From IMG/VR virus record IMGVR_UViG_3300034522_000037, positions 1-40,964 of that record: DNA of 40,964 nucleotides; one strand, written 5' to 3'. Origin of the DNA: a virus. Shown here piece after piece: positions 1 through 8,332 of this stretch. Numbering within the stretch: the first letter of the stretch is position 1; the number at the start of each line of letters is the position of its first letter. Below the pieces are notes generated by a model that saw only the letters and a program-made list of their open reading frames with translations, did no database searches and was not told where the DNA came from. Both the position numbers and the translations under genes were made by a program.

Positions 1-127
1 CCGCCGGCGCAGCCGGCGCGGCGTGGCGAATTTCAAGGGCAAAGGTCACTGATAGGCCCTCCTGGCCAAGCAAGGGATGCCGGCGCAAACCGAGCAGCGG
101 CGCGCCGCGGCGTAGATCGCCAGGCGA
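1..127. repeat. Terminal self-overlap, copy 1 (identical to 40838..40964)
   Basis: Read directly: the first 127 nt (ccgccggcgcagccggcgcgg...gtagatcgccaggcga) recur exactly as the last 127 nt, and reading frames run through the junction. This is typical of a circular contig closed by an assembler. Unique length is about 40,837 bp. Confidence 0.95.
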
Positions 128-267
128 GCCTTGTCAATGTCACGACCGCAGCCCAGGCAGAACGGGCGGGGCCTCGAGGCCGAGCGCAGCTCGTCGTCGA
201 TCAGTTCAGCCAGCGCCACCGCATCGGCCTGGCTCAGCTCCAGGGGCGCAGCCTCAAGCGTCAGCAT
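46..267 (-). CDS. TraR/DksA-family C4 zinc-finger protein
   Basis: 73 aa. The C-terminal half CLGCGRDIDKARLAIYAAARRCSVC has CxxC-N17-CxxC spacing, typical of phage TraR/DksA-type zinc fingers. It is packed in the leftward early operon (14-nt overlap with the upstream ORF). Confidence 0.6.
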   Translation of the reverse strand: MLTLEAAPLELSQADAVALAELIDDELRSASRPRPFCLGCGRDIDKARLAIYAAARRCSVCAGIPCLARRAYQ

Positions 268-640
268 CGGCTACCACCTGGCGTGACGGCGGGGCGATCA
301 GCTGCGCGAATGCGTGACCGTCACGCGCCGCCAAAGCCGCGGCACCGTGCAACAGCAGGGTGATGGCCTCCTCGGCCGCCTGGGGGCCGTCGAAACCGCC
401 CGCGGCGATCACCTGGTTAAGCGCCTTCACCGTACCGGCGTACAGCTCGAGCGGCACCTTGACCGCCTCGGCTTTCAGCGCGGCCTGGGCCTCGGCCTGC
501 CGCTGCTTGCGCTTGCGCAGTCGAGCCAAGCGGCGGGCGCGGTCTTCTTTCGTCTCGCCAGCGGGCGGCATGTGGTCGAGCAGATCCTCGGCCGCGGGTA
601 ACGTGTCGCCGTTCTGAGTAGCCAGGCGCAGAGCGGCCAT
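254..640 (-). CDS. Hypothetical early protein
   Basis: 128 aa with high GC3. The ATG lies 1 nt after the stop of the upstream gene. It contains a basic coiled segment RRLARLRKRKQRQAEAQAA. No family recognised. Confidence 0.5.
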   Translation of the reverse strand: MAALRLATQNGDTLPAAEDLLDHMPPAGETKEDRARRLARLRKRKQRQAEAQAALKAEAVKVPLELYAGTVKALNQVIAAGGFDGPQAAEEAITLLLHGAAALAARDGHAFAQLIAPPSRQVVADADA

Positions 641-641
641 A

Positions 642-1232
642 TCAGCGGCCCCCGATCTTGCCGAGCACCAGCAGCGGCAGCGGGCGGCCGGTGCCAGTCG
701 ATACGGCGATCATTTCGTTAACCACCGCCGCGATTGCCTCGGCCCCCTCGCGTAGCATGCGGTCGACAGCCTCGGGGTCGTCGGTGCGGTCATAGCGGCC
801 GTTGTGCGCAGGCGTCGCGGAGGCGATGAAGTCGCCCAGCTCGCGGGTGACTTCGCCCAGGCGCGCCTGGGTGGCTGTCAGGGCCACACCGCTGACAAAC
901 TCAGGTAGACGCACGTCAAAGCAGCCGGCCATGGCCAGCAGCTCGTGACGGGCGGCGCGCTGGTAGTCTTCGGGCAGGCAGGCCAACCAGACCCACTTCC
1001 ATTCGAGCGGGAACGGCTGGGTGCCGTGGAAAATGCGAGAAACGCGGGTGCCCCAGGCTTTGCGGCCGCGCAGGTACTCGTTGACGTCGTCAGAGTCGGC
1101 GGCGAGATCTACCAAGCCAGCCGCAGAAAGGGCAGGAGCCAGGCGGTCATTAGCGAAACGCTCGACAGACCACTCCGAGTTGGTAAACCAGCGGCTAGTC
1201 TGATCAACAACGATGTCGCGCTCAGTTCGCAT
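642..1232 (-). CDS. First gene of the leftward early operon (cro/cII position), function unknown
   Basis: The ORF track gives 642..1286. I prefer the ATG at 1232 (MRTERDIVV...) because AGGA lies 7 nt upstream (aaggaacgtgct-ATG). It is divergent from the repressor gene. No HTH could be assigned with confidence. Confidence 0.5.
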   Translation of the reverse strand: MRTERDIVVDQTSRWFTNSEWSVERFANDRLAPALSAAGLVDLAADSDDVNEYLRGRKAWGTRVSRIFHGTQPFPLEWKWVWLACLPEDYQRAARHELLAMAGCFDVRLPEFVSGVALTATQARLGEVTRELGDFIASATPAHNGRYDRTDDPEAVDRMLREGAEAIAAVVNEMIAVSTGTGRPLPLLVLGKIGGR

Positions 1233-1379
1233 AGCACGTTCCTTCTCGAAAGTGGTCGCATGTGGGGTTATCCACATTCTCAACATTTAGAGAAAAAACG
1301 CAATTAGATTTCTATATCTAGAGTGCCAATGCGCGGCATATCGAAGGACAATAAACAACGGATTGAGGAGAGAGATTGA
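1233..1379. promoter_or_regulatory. Divergent promoter/operator region between the repressor and the leftward early operon
   Basis: 147-bp AT-richer spacer. It contains ttctc-N8-gagaa (1277..1294) and tagat-N6-atcta (1305..1320). The 14-mer caacatttagagaa (1281..1294) recurs as caatatttagagaa at 2064..2077. No promoter hexamers could be fixed. Confidence 0.5.
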
Positions 1380-2045
1380 ATGTCACGTGACTATCGGATA
1401 GGGGCCGCCATACGGAAACGGCGGCAAGCCCTTGGCTGGGGCCTCCAGCGACTGATCGAAACGGCAGGCGGGGAAATGTCCACCGGCTACCTTTCGACCC
1501 TAGAAACAACGGACGTGGCCCCGAGCGTTTATGTGGCCGACAGCCTGGCCAAAGCCCTGGGCACGACAGTCGACACGCTGCTGCGCGAGGCAAAGGATCC
1601 AGACGCCACCAGCGCGCCCGGCGAGCATGCCCAGCGGGTGCCGGTCATACCCTGGGAACTGGCCGCAGAATGGGCGCGAAACCCAGACGCCAAGCGCTTG
1701 CCGGGTGGTACCTGCTGGGTCATACCCAACGAAACACCACCCGGGCGAGTGTTCGGCCTGGTCGTGCGCGACGAGCTGATGCAGGCCCCGACGGGCGTCA
1801 GCTTCCCGCGCGGCTACACCATATTCGTCGACCCTATGCGCAAGGCGGTACCGGGCGATTTCATCATCGGCCACCTGGGCGACCCGACCGCGCCCGTGTT
1901 CAAAAAGCTGACCAAAGACGGCGCGCTGTTCTACCTGCGCGCGCTCAACCCACAGTTTCCGATGCAACAGGTTGGTGATACTTTCGAGGTTGTCGCGGTG
2001 GTCGTCGGCGTTCGGGCGACCTTCGACAAAGGGGATGTTCTATAA
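1380..2045 (+). CDS. Lambda-CI-like prophage repressor (XRE-type HTH plus S24/LexA-like C-terminal domain, nucleophile apparently lost)
   Basis: 221 aa with SD gaggag upstream. The N-terminus IGAAIRKRRQALGWGLQRLIETAG...YLSTLE looks like an HTH. The C-terminus FGLVVRDELMQAPTGVSFPRGYTIFVDPMRKAVPGDFIIGHLGDPTAPVFKKLTKDGALFYLRALNPQFPM aligns with lambda CI VEGNSMTAPTG...[22 protein letters not shown]. Leu occupies the position of the catalytic Ser; the Lys of FKKL is retained. Confidence 0.8.
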   Translation: MSRDYRIGAAIRKRRQALGWGLQRLIETAGGEMSTGYLSTLETTDVAPSVYVADSLAKALGTTVDTLLREAKDPDATSAPGEHAQRVPVIPWELAAEWARNPDAKRLPGGTCWVIPNETPPGRVFGLVVRDELMQAPTGVSFPRGYTIFVDPMRKAVPGDFIIGHLGDPTAPVFKKLTKDGALFYLRALNPQFPMQQVGDTFEVVAVVVGVRATFDKGDVL

Positions 2046-2313
2046 AAAGAGTCTGCCGGGCTTCAATATTTAGAGAAGACGGCTTATAGTCGCGGGCACT
2101 TACCCGCTACTAACATTGATTTTGCAAGGGCCAGAAAAGGAAAAGGCCGGGGGGCTTTAGCAACCCACCGGCCTTCACGATTGACGGCACCAACAACACA
2201 GGCACCTAAACCGAGCACAAAGCGTTTGATCTGTTTTGCGGGCAGACAAACGAAAAACACCGAACTTGGCAGTTCAGTGCTCAGTTTAGACCCCGTTGGT
2301 GGTGCGTCAATCG

Positions 2314-2344
2314 TTTGTACCTTTTCGCCTTTGTACTTTTGGCC
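2314..2344 (+). promoter_or_regulatory. Tandem pair of the TTGTAC(N)TTTTsGCC motif in the repA leader
   Basis: tttgtaccttttcgcc (2314..2329) is followed directly by tttgtacttttggcc (2330..2344), 12 nt before the repA ATG. The same motif pair occurs at 8735..8766 upstream of parA, with related copies at 39296..39342. Confidence 0.6.
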
Positions 2345-2355
2345 AAAGGGACAAA

Positions 2356-5300
2356 ATGACAAACGCACCAAAGGGCACCGGGCTTGCTGGCTTCTATCAA
2401 GAGCGTTTCGGCTCTGACCCATACGCGCTAGTCGACTACTTCTACGACCAGATCTCCGACGCCGCGGCTGACGCCTACGTCGACTGGTCTTCAATCTGCA
2501 ACGCCATCCACTACAACGGCGAGCGGCTGAAGAAGTACTCGAAGGTCAAGATCAAGGCCACCGACGCCAAATATAACGGCAAGGTGATGGCCTGGGGCGA
2601 CATCAAGACCGCCCGCGGTACCGACAAGCTCGAGCCCTTCGACTACCCCTTCCTGACCTTCTCAAACAACGCCACCAACCCCAGCACCTGGTCGGGCTTT
2701 GCCGCCCTGGTCGAGCTGTACGAGCGCGAGGGCGGCAAGCTCTCCGACGCCCGCCACGATCAGTGGAAACAGCAGCAGGAGCAGCGCCGCGCAGAGCGCG
2801 AGGCGCGCAAGCTCGAGGACGAACGCCGAGCACGCGAAAAGGCCGAGCGGATCCACGGCGAGCGCATGGCCTACGAGCGCGCATGGTTGACCGGCGAGGC
2901 GGCCAGCTTCCACTACGAACACGGCGAGCAGATCCGCCAGGGCACGGTCGAGGTGCTCGGCGACGAAGACGGCACCGCGGCCTACTTCCAGGCAAAGCAG
3001 ATCAGCGACATCGCGTCACGCTTCAAAATGCTGCGTATGCGTGACCGTCACGGTGTATTTACAGCCGTTCCAATGCACGACATCGACGGCAACTTCCTGG
3101 GCCTGCAGCGCCTCTATGACGACAAGAAGCTCCAGGGCACCGGCGTTAAAATGGATGGCGCGCACTGCGTCTTCGGCGACCTCGAGACCGCCAAGCGCCG
3201 CTACTCGGCCGAGGGCTTCGCCACTGGCGCAAGCATCTACCTGGCCGAGATCGAGGCGGGCAAGGGCGACGAAGTCGCCGTCGTGGTCACCTTCAACGTC
3301 GACAACCTGGTCAAGGTGCTGCGCGCCTATGCCAAGCGCTACCCGGCCTGGCGTTTCCACAACGCCGCTGACAACGACCAGTGGAAAGACGGCAACGCCG
3401 GCCTGCTGGCCGCCCTCGAGATCCACCGCGAACTGAAACACCCGGCCACCGTGCCAAACTTCGAGGCGCAGGACGAGCTGTTCGGCTGCAGCGCCCAGCA
3501 AATGACCGAGCTCAGAGCACAAAACCGGGCACCCGTTGTCGGGTTCAGCGCCGAGGAGCTGGCCGCGTTCAAGGCCGCCCGCAAAGGGCCGACCGACTGG
3601 AACGACTACCACGTCGCCTTCGGCCTCAAAGCCACCGCCAAAGCCCTGCGCGCCAACGGCAACGCCTTCAAATCATCCAAGGATTGGTTCGAGTTCTGCC
3701 TCGAGCGCCTGCCCTACAGCGGCAAGCGCCTGGGCGAGAAGAACGCCATGGCCGCCATAGCGGCCGGCATGATGCTTTCGCCGATCAAATTCAGCTATGA
3801 CCAGGTCGTCGCCGCGGTCTTCTCCAGGTTGCCGGAGGGGCTCGACACTACCGCCCGCTTCAAGATCCGCAGCCGCGCCCACTGGCTGGCCAAGCAAAAG
3901 CTGCAGCAGGCCAAACAGCTGCGCGGCTTCTCCGCTGCAGCGCTGGCCCGCCCCAACGTCCAGCACCTCAAGATCGACGGCGTGCGCGCCGAGCACGGCG
4001 GCATCATCCTGCCGGAACACATGGCCGCCCTGGTCGAGTCGCTGCAGGGCGTCATCATCGTGCGCGCGCCGATGGGCTCGGGCAAAACCGAGAAGCTGAT
4101 CGCGCCGCTGATGAAGGCCTCGAGCAAGGCCGCCTACGTGGCCCACCGGATCTCGCTGCTCGATGACGCCGCCGCGCGCCTGGGCGTCGAGCACTACAAG
4201 CAAGTTTTCGCCTGGCAGATGCCGCACGTCTCGCACCTGGCCTGCTGCGTCAACAGCCTGACCAAGCCCATGTTCTACAACGCCGAGGAGCGCAGCTGGT
4301 TTACCACCCTCGAGACGCTGTGCATCGACGAAGCCAGCCAGGTACTGCGCCACACCACCACCGGCCCGGTCGAAGGCCGGGTCAAGGTCATGGATGCGCT
4401 GATCGACGCCGTCGGGGCCGCCGAGCGCGTGCTGCTCTGCGACGCCGACGCCAACGACAGCCTGATCGAGTTCTGCGAGCTCGCGCGTCCTGGTCAAACC
4501 ATCACCGTGCTCGAGGTCAGCGGATCCGCCGAGCACGTCCGCATCGACCACACCGACGACGAAAGCGCCTGGCAGCTGGCCATCGAGCAGGTCAAAGCAG
4601 GCAAGCGCATTCTGGTGGCCAACGACTCGGCCGAGTCCGCCAAGAAAATGGCCGCGCTGATCGAGGCCATGGTCGAGCAGGGCAAGATCGCACCCGTGCG
4701 CATGCTCCTGGTGCATGCCGACAGCAAGGCCGACCAGGATGTCGAGGCCTTCCTATGCAACCCCAACGCCGAGGCCACCAAGTACGACGTGCTGATCTAC
4801 AGCCCGGCGATCAGCTCGGGCGTATCCATGACCACGCCACACTTCGACGCCCACTTCGGCCTGTTCAGCGGTAACACCGTCGGCCCATCCGACGCCATCC
4901 AGATGCTGCGCCGCGACCGCACCGCCCGCCGCTATATCGTCGGCATCGGCCACGCCAGCGTGCAACGCGAAACAGACCGCGAGCGGATCTGGCGCGGCCA
5001 CATGAAAGCCGACGAGGTCGCCTGCGAGTTCGAGGAGACCAGCGACGAGATCATCCTGCGCCGCCGCAAGACAGCCTTTGACCACCTCTACTTGGCCACC
5101 GTCACCGCCGAGAACAAGGCGCGCAACAACTTCGCCAACAACCTGCTGCTGATGCTGTACGCCGAGGGCTACAACGTCCAGCGCCTCGATGTCGGCAGCA
5201 TGGGCTTCGACCAGGACGATCTGACCAAGGCCTCGCGCAGCAACCGCAAAGCGGCCGGCGTGATCGTCTTCGACAAGCGCATGGATCTGATCGACAGCGT

Positions 5301-6240
5301 CGAAACGCCAGACGAGGAGCAGTACCTCAAGCTCAGCCGTCAGGAGGTGCGCAGCGAATCGGAAAGCGCCCAGCTCGACCGCTACCACATGGAGCACCAG
5401 CTCGGCGTCGACGAGATCACCGCCGACGACGTCGCCTTCTACGATGACCGCGGTATCGCCAAGGTGGTGGCCATGGAGCTGCTGCAGGCTGACGAGGAGC
5501 ACGCCAGGGCCTACGACAAGGCCCAGCGCAAGGCTAGGGTCACCCTGACCCTGCACCGCTGGAAAACGCCCGCGCACGCGATCCTGTGCCGCGTCTTCGA
5601 GATCCTCGGCGTCGACCGTTTCACGGGCGAGGGCGAGTTCGGTTCAGACCAGGCCCGCAAGGTGCTCGAGTACCTCACCAGCAGCGACGACCAGGTCGAG
5701 CTGTACAACGCCCTCAAGCTCGGCCGCTACATTCCCAGCACCAGCGCGCGGCTGTGCCCCACCACAGTGGTCAAGTCGATTTTTGACCGCCTCGGCCTGG
5801 CCCTGCAGAAGCGTAAGACGAACGGTGCCCACCTGTTCAGCGTCAACGCTGATAATTGGCAGTTCATCATGGCTTATTGCCAGCGCCGTGCGGCCAAGAA
5901 CGTCCACTCGCTGACCACACACGACCACGAAGCCACCCACCAGCCCAAGCTCGCGCCAGAGCCCGAGGCTGCGCCACAGCCCGCGCCACACGCGGCCGCC
6001 AGCGGTAGGGATACTTTGCAGTGTGATGGTAAGAGCGACAGTGGAAACTATCCCTTGACCGTGCGCGAGAAGATCTTCGCCGTTGCTTCTCGCTTAGCCC
6101 CACCCCTCGGTATCTCGTTGTCGCGATTCGTCGGGGCGCTGACGCCGGAGGTGGCGCTGGGGCTGGCCAAGCCAGGCGCAGAGCAGAGCAGAAGCTTGCG
6201 GCACACGCTTGCATATGCCGCCAAACTGCTACGATCATAG
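2356..6240 (+). CDS. repA: RepA-like multifunctional replication protein (primase/Toprim plus helicase)
   Basis: 1294 aa from ATG 2356 (the ORF-track start 2296 lies upstream of and reads through the repeat motif; aaggga lies about 5 nt upstream of 2356). Toprim-like EGFATGASIY ... NAADNDQW in the N-terminal third. Walker A VRAPMGSGKTEKL and Walker B LCIDEASQVL mid-protein. Size and layout match the single large RepA of N15-type linear plasmid prophages. Confidence 0.8.
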   Translation: MTNAPKGTGLAGFYQERFGSDPYALVDYFYDQISDAAADAYVDWSSICNAIHYNGERLKKYSKVKIKATDAKYNGKVMAWGDIKTARGTDKLEPFDYPFLTFSNNATNPSTWSGFAALVELYEREGGKLSDARHDQWKQQQEQRRAEREARKLEDERRAREKAERIHGERMAYERAWLTGEAASFHYEHGEQIRQGTVEVLGDEDGTAAYFQAKQISDIASRFKMLRMRDRHGVFTAVPMHDIDGNFLGLQRLYDDKKLQGTGVKMDGAHCVFGDLETAKRRYSAEGFATGASIYLAEIEAGKGDEVAVVVTFNVDNLVKVLRAYAKRYPAWRFHNAADNDQWKDGNAGLLAALEIHRELKHPATVPNFEAQDELFGCSAQQMTELRAQNRAPVVGFSAEELAAFKAARKGPTDWNDYHVAFGLKATAKALRANGNAFKSSKDWFEFCLERLPYSGKRLGEKNAMAAIAAGMMLSPIKFSYDQVVAAVFSRLPEGLDTTARFKIRSRAHWLAKQKLQQAKQLRGFSAAALARPNVQHLKIDGVRAEHGGIILPEHMAALVESLQGVIIVRAPMGSGKTEKLIAPLMKASSKAAYVAHRISLLDDAAARLGVEHYKQVFAWQMPHVSHLACCVNSLTKPMFYNAEERSWFTTLETLCIDEASQVLRHTTTGPVEGRVKVMDALIDAVGAAERVLLCDADANDSLIEFCELARPGQTITVLEVSGSAEHVRIDHTDDESAWQLAIEQVKAGKRILVANDSAESAKKMAALIEAMVEQGKIAPVRMLLVHADSKADQDVEAFLCNPNAEATKYDVLIYSPAISSGVSMTTPHFDAHFGLFSGNTVGPSDAIQMLRRDRTARRYIVGIGHASVQRETDRERIWRGHMKADEVACEFEETSDEIILRRRKTAFDHLYLATVTAENKARNNFANNLLLMLYAEGYNVQRLDVGSMGFDQDDLTKASRSNRKAAGVIVFDKRMDLIDSVETPDEEQYLKLSRQEVRSESESAQLDRYHMEHQLGVDEITADDVAFYDDRGIAKVVAMELLQADEEHARAYDKAQRKARVTLTLHRWKTPAHAILCRVFEILGVDRFTGEGEFGSDQARKVLEYLTSSDDQVELYNALKLGRYIPSTSARLCPTTVVKSIFDRLGLALQKRKTNGAHLFSVNADNWQFIMAYCQRRAAKNVHSLTTHDHEATHQPKLAPEPEAAPQPAPHAAASGRDTLQCDGKSDSGNYPLTVREKIFAVASRLAPPLGISLSRFVGALTPEVALGLAKPGAEQSRSLRHTLAYAAKLLRS

Positions 6241-6248
6241 CGCTGTGA

Positions 6249-6268
6249 TACTGTACGTTTAACCAGTA
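6249..6268 (+). promoter_or_regulatory. LexA (SOS) box-like palindrome
   Basis: tactgtacgtttaaccagta = TACTGT-N8-CCAGTA, one mismatch from the gammaproteobacterial CTGT-N8-ACAG consensus. It lies in the low-GC gap after the repA stop, about 30 nt upstream of a strong SD (ggaggg) and a small ORF. No convincing -35/-10 identified. Confidence 0.35.
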
Positions 6269-6299
6269 GTTGGCTAAACAACAAGGGGAGGGAAGTACC

Positions 6300-6566
6300 T
6301 TGCAATGTCGTGAGAAAATGGACAGAGCGTCCGCCAAGCTGAGCCGCGCCAGGTCGGCGCTTATGTTGGCCTTGAAGGCCGGCCCGGAAGCATCAAAGGG
6401 CGAGCTGCTCGATGCGATCAGCGCCGCCCTTGATCATGTTGACGCCGCAGATGCGGCCCTGGGAGAGGATGAAATGCGAAGTGTGCGGCCGGGGCCTTTG
6501 GCCCCGGCTGTCGAGCAGGGTCACCCGCGGTTGGTGGTTGCCGCTGCAGCTTGTAACGCCTCGTAA
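6300..6566 (+). CDS. Hypothetical small helical protein (possible SOS-controlled gene)
   Basis: In-frame TTG at 6300 lies 7 nt after ggaggg (ORF-track start 6270; the internal ATG is at 6318). GC3 is high through the first ~55 codons. However, the ORF runs through the hairpin 6488..6508 and overlaps the protelomerase 3' end by 46 nt, so the extent and reality are uncertain. Confidence 0.3.
   Translation: MQCREKMDRASAKLSRARSALMLALKAGPEASKGELLDAISAALDHVDAADAALGEDEMRSVRPGPLAPAVEQGHPRLVVAAAACNAS
6488..6508 (-). terminator. GC hairpin just downstream of the protelomerase stop
   Basis: gccggggcc-ttt-ggccccggc is a 9-bp perfect stem, 13 nt after the minus-strand stop at 6521. There is no clear T-run, so terminator function is inferred only. 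Confidence 0.4.
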
Positions 6567-8203
6567 GCCTCCTCGCGGTTGCGCCCGGTACCGCTGGCCA
6601 CTACAACGCCATTGACCCGCGCCACCGCAACCCACCGCCCCTCGGCCTCCTCTGTCACCCTGACACGTGGTCGAGCTTTGGCAACCTCAACCGGAACCAC
6701 CGGCGCAATATCTTCGACAGGCCGGCCGGCCGTGGCCAAGGCCTCGGCGGCCAGGTCGAGATACTCCTTAATCACCGGCCGGTAACTGCCGACGTTGGTC
6801 GCGATAGCCTTCTGCGAGATCCTCGCGTCGGGCGCAGTCTTGACCGTATCCTTCACCCAGCGGTGGATCTTCTGCAGCGCCTCGCGCCCTGCGATCTGCT
6901 CGTGCTCGTCCAGCGCCTCGAGCGCCTCGAGGCGGCTAGCGTATTTGCTGGCGGTCGCCGCCGGCTTCGCCGGCGCGGTGTAGTCGATCTTGAAGGCCTT
7001 GTAGCTCTCCTGGGTGTCCATATCCTCGTGGCCCAGCATCTCGCGCCAGAAGACCGTCTCGTTGACCTTGGCCCAGCGCGGGTCGCGGGCGAAGTGCAGC
7101 TCGAACACGACCCGCGCCCACAGTGCCCGGCTGTCCTTGAATACGCGCTCCTGGTTGCCGAACACGCGCTTGGCCAGGGTGTTTAGGGTCTTGGCCACTC
7201 GCCGGTTCACCTCGGTATTGTCCAGGTGCTGCAGCTCGAGCACCTCGGGCATGGCCCGCAACTTGGCGAAGGCCTCGAGCACCAGGTCGGCTTTCAGCAG
7301 GGTGTAGATCCGGTAGCTCTCGCCATAGTCAACGCCCCCGCGGCGCTTGGCCTGGCCCGAGAACTCGAGCTCGAACTCGCCGACCTTCTCGAAGCGCCCC
7401 AGCTTGAGGATCTCGATTTCTCGCCGGCCGGTGGCCAGCGCCAGGCCCAGCGCTAGGTAGGAGAAAAACGGGGTCGCGTGGCCGTCGGCACGGATCTCGC
7501 TCGCGCTCAGCAGCTCGCTGATCTTGTCGACCAGCCAGTGGTAGTTGATCGAGACGGTGTTGGTGGCGCGCTGCTCGAGGGTCTCGACGGCATCCGTGGC
7601 CAGCTGCGCCTTGGTCGCCGCCGGCAGGGTCAGGTGGCGCATGATCTCGTGGTCGAGCTTCATACCCTTGACCGCCTCGAAGGCGTCGTCGTCGCGATCC
7701 TGGCGCGCCTGGGCCAGCAGGTCGCGGTGCGCCATGCGCAGCGCGGTGATGTCCTGCAGGTCGGCCATGGCCAGCAGCTGCTCGGCATAGCGCGGGTGGT
7801 GGCGCGCCAGGCGCTCGCAGGTCTCCTCGATGGCGTGGTGCCGCCAGTTCTGCTCGGTCACAGCCTTGCGAACGGTGGTCAAGTAGCGGCGGTAGCTCGA
7901 GGCCTTGAGCTTGTCCGTTTCCTTGCGGCGGCGATCCTCATACAGCTTATTTTTCAGCCGGTCGGCCAGGCGCGACAGGCGCTTGGTCTTGTCGCCGCGG
8001 CTCAGGCTGTCGTCGGCGTCGATGGCCTTGACGTCCTTTATCAGCTGATCGATCAGCGGCTGCAGCTCGACCTTCTGCCGCGTCGCGCCACCGTAATTGC
8101 CAAAGCTAACCCGCTCGCGCTGGTCGATAGCCTCGGCCGCATTGCCGGCCTCGTCACGCACCTGGTCAACCGCTGCGTCTTTTGTTGCTGCCTTCTTAGC
8201 CAT
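6521..8203 (-). CDS. telN: Protelomerase (telomere resolvase, TelN/TelK-like)
   Basis: 560 aa with SD aggagg 5-6 nt upstream. Tyrosine-recombinase-like signature blocks remembered from TelN/TelK are present: LALATGRREIEIL, FKDSRALWARVVF, MLGHEDMDTQESYKAFKIDY. It sits directly beside a large palindrome, as telN sits beside telRL in N15. Confidence 0.85.
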   Translation of the reverse strand: MAKKAATKDAAVDQVRDEAGNAAEAIDQRERVSFGNYGGATRQKVELQPLIDQLIKDVKAIDADDSLSRGDKTKRLSRLADRLKNKLYEDRRRKETDKLKASSYRRYLTTVRKAVTEQNWRHHAIEETCERLARHHPRYAEQLLAMADLQDITALRMAHRDLLAQARQDRDDDAFEAVKGMKLDHEIMRHLTLPAATKAQLATDAVETLEQRATNTVSINYHWLVDKISELLSASEIRADGHATPFFSYLALGLALATGRREIEILKLGRFEKVGEFELEFSGQAKRRGGVDYGESYRIYTLLKADLVLEAFAKLRAMPEVLELQHLDNTEVNRRVAKTLNTLAKRVFGNQERVFKDSRALWARVVFELHFARDPRWAKVNETVFWREMLGHEDMDTQESYKAFKIDYTAPAKPAATASKYASRLEALEALDEHEQIAGREALQKIHRWVKDTVKTAPDARISQKAIATNVGSYRPVIKEYLDLAAEALATAGRPVEDIAPVVPVEVAKARPRVRVTEEAEGRWVAVARVNGVVVASGTGRNREEAYEALQAAAATTNRG

Positions 8204-8261
8204 GGTTGCCTCCTATTTGGCATTCACCTTAAACCCTAGCGCACATTCTATACCTGTCAAC

Positions 8262-8278
8262 CATACACTGCAAGCCCT
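8262..8278. repeat. Inverted copy of the tel-flanking 17-mer
   Basis: catacactgcaagccct is the reverse complement (15/17) of agggcttggggtgtatg, found twice on the other side of the palindrome. Confidence 0.6.
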
Positions 8279-8332
8279 ATACCATAATCATATACACCTA
8301 TAGCCATAAGTCACGATGCTGGCAGCATGGGG

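Noticed and set aside
1-127. The 127-nt terminal direct repeats as biological terminal redundancy, LTRs or transposon ends.
   Set aside because: They are exact and lie inside coding sequence that continues across the junction, and their length is typical of an assembler k-mer overlap. The cos-type terminase also argues against terminally redundant headful packaging.
2233-2250. ctgttttgcgggcag upstream of repA as a LexA box.
   Set aside because: The spacing is CTG-N9-CAG rather than CTG-N10-CAG, and the distal half is caga, not acag. It does not fit the consensus.
2084-2494. 136-aa minus-strand ORF and 78-aa plus-strand ORF in the repA upstream region.
   Set aside because: The translations are Arg-rich and low-complexity, span the repeat motif and the repA start, and lack an SD. 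The 310-bp region may hold promoters or a small RNA, but I could not support either from sequence alone.
6001-6060. Low-GC patch with a 7-bp inverted repeat (agggata ... tatccct) inside the repA 3' end as the internal replication origin (by analogy with N15).
   Set aside because: The arms are short with a 35-nt spacer, and there are no iterons or DnaA-box-like repeats that I could see. The analogy alone is not evidence, so the origin is left unassigned.
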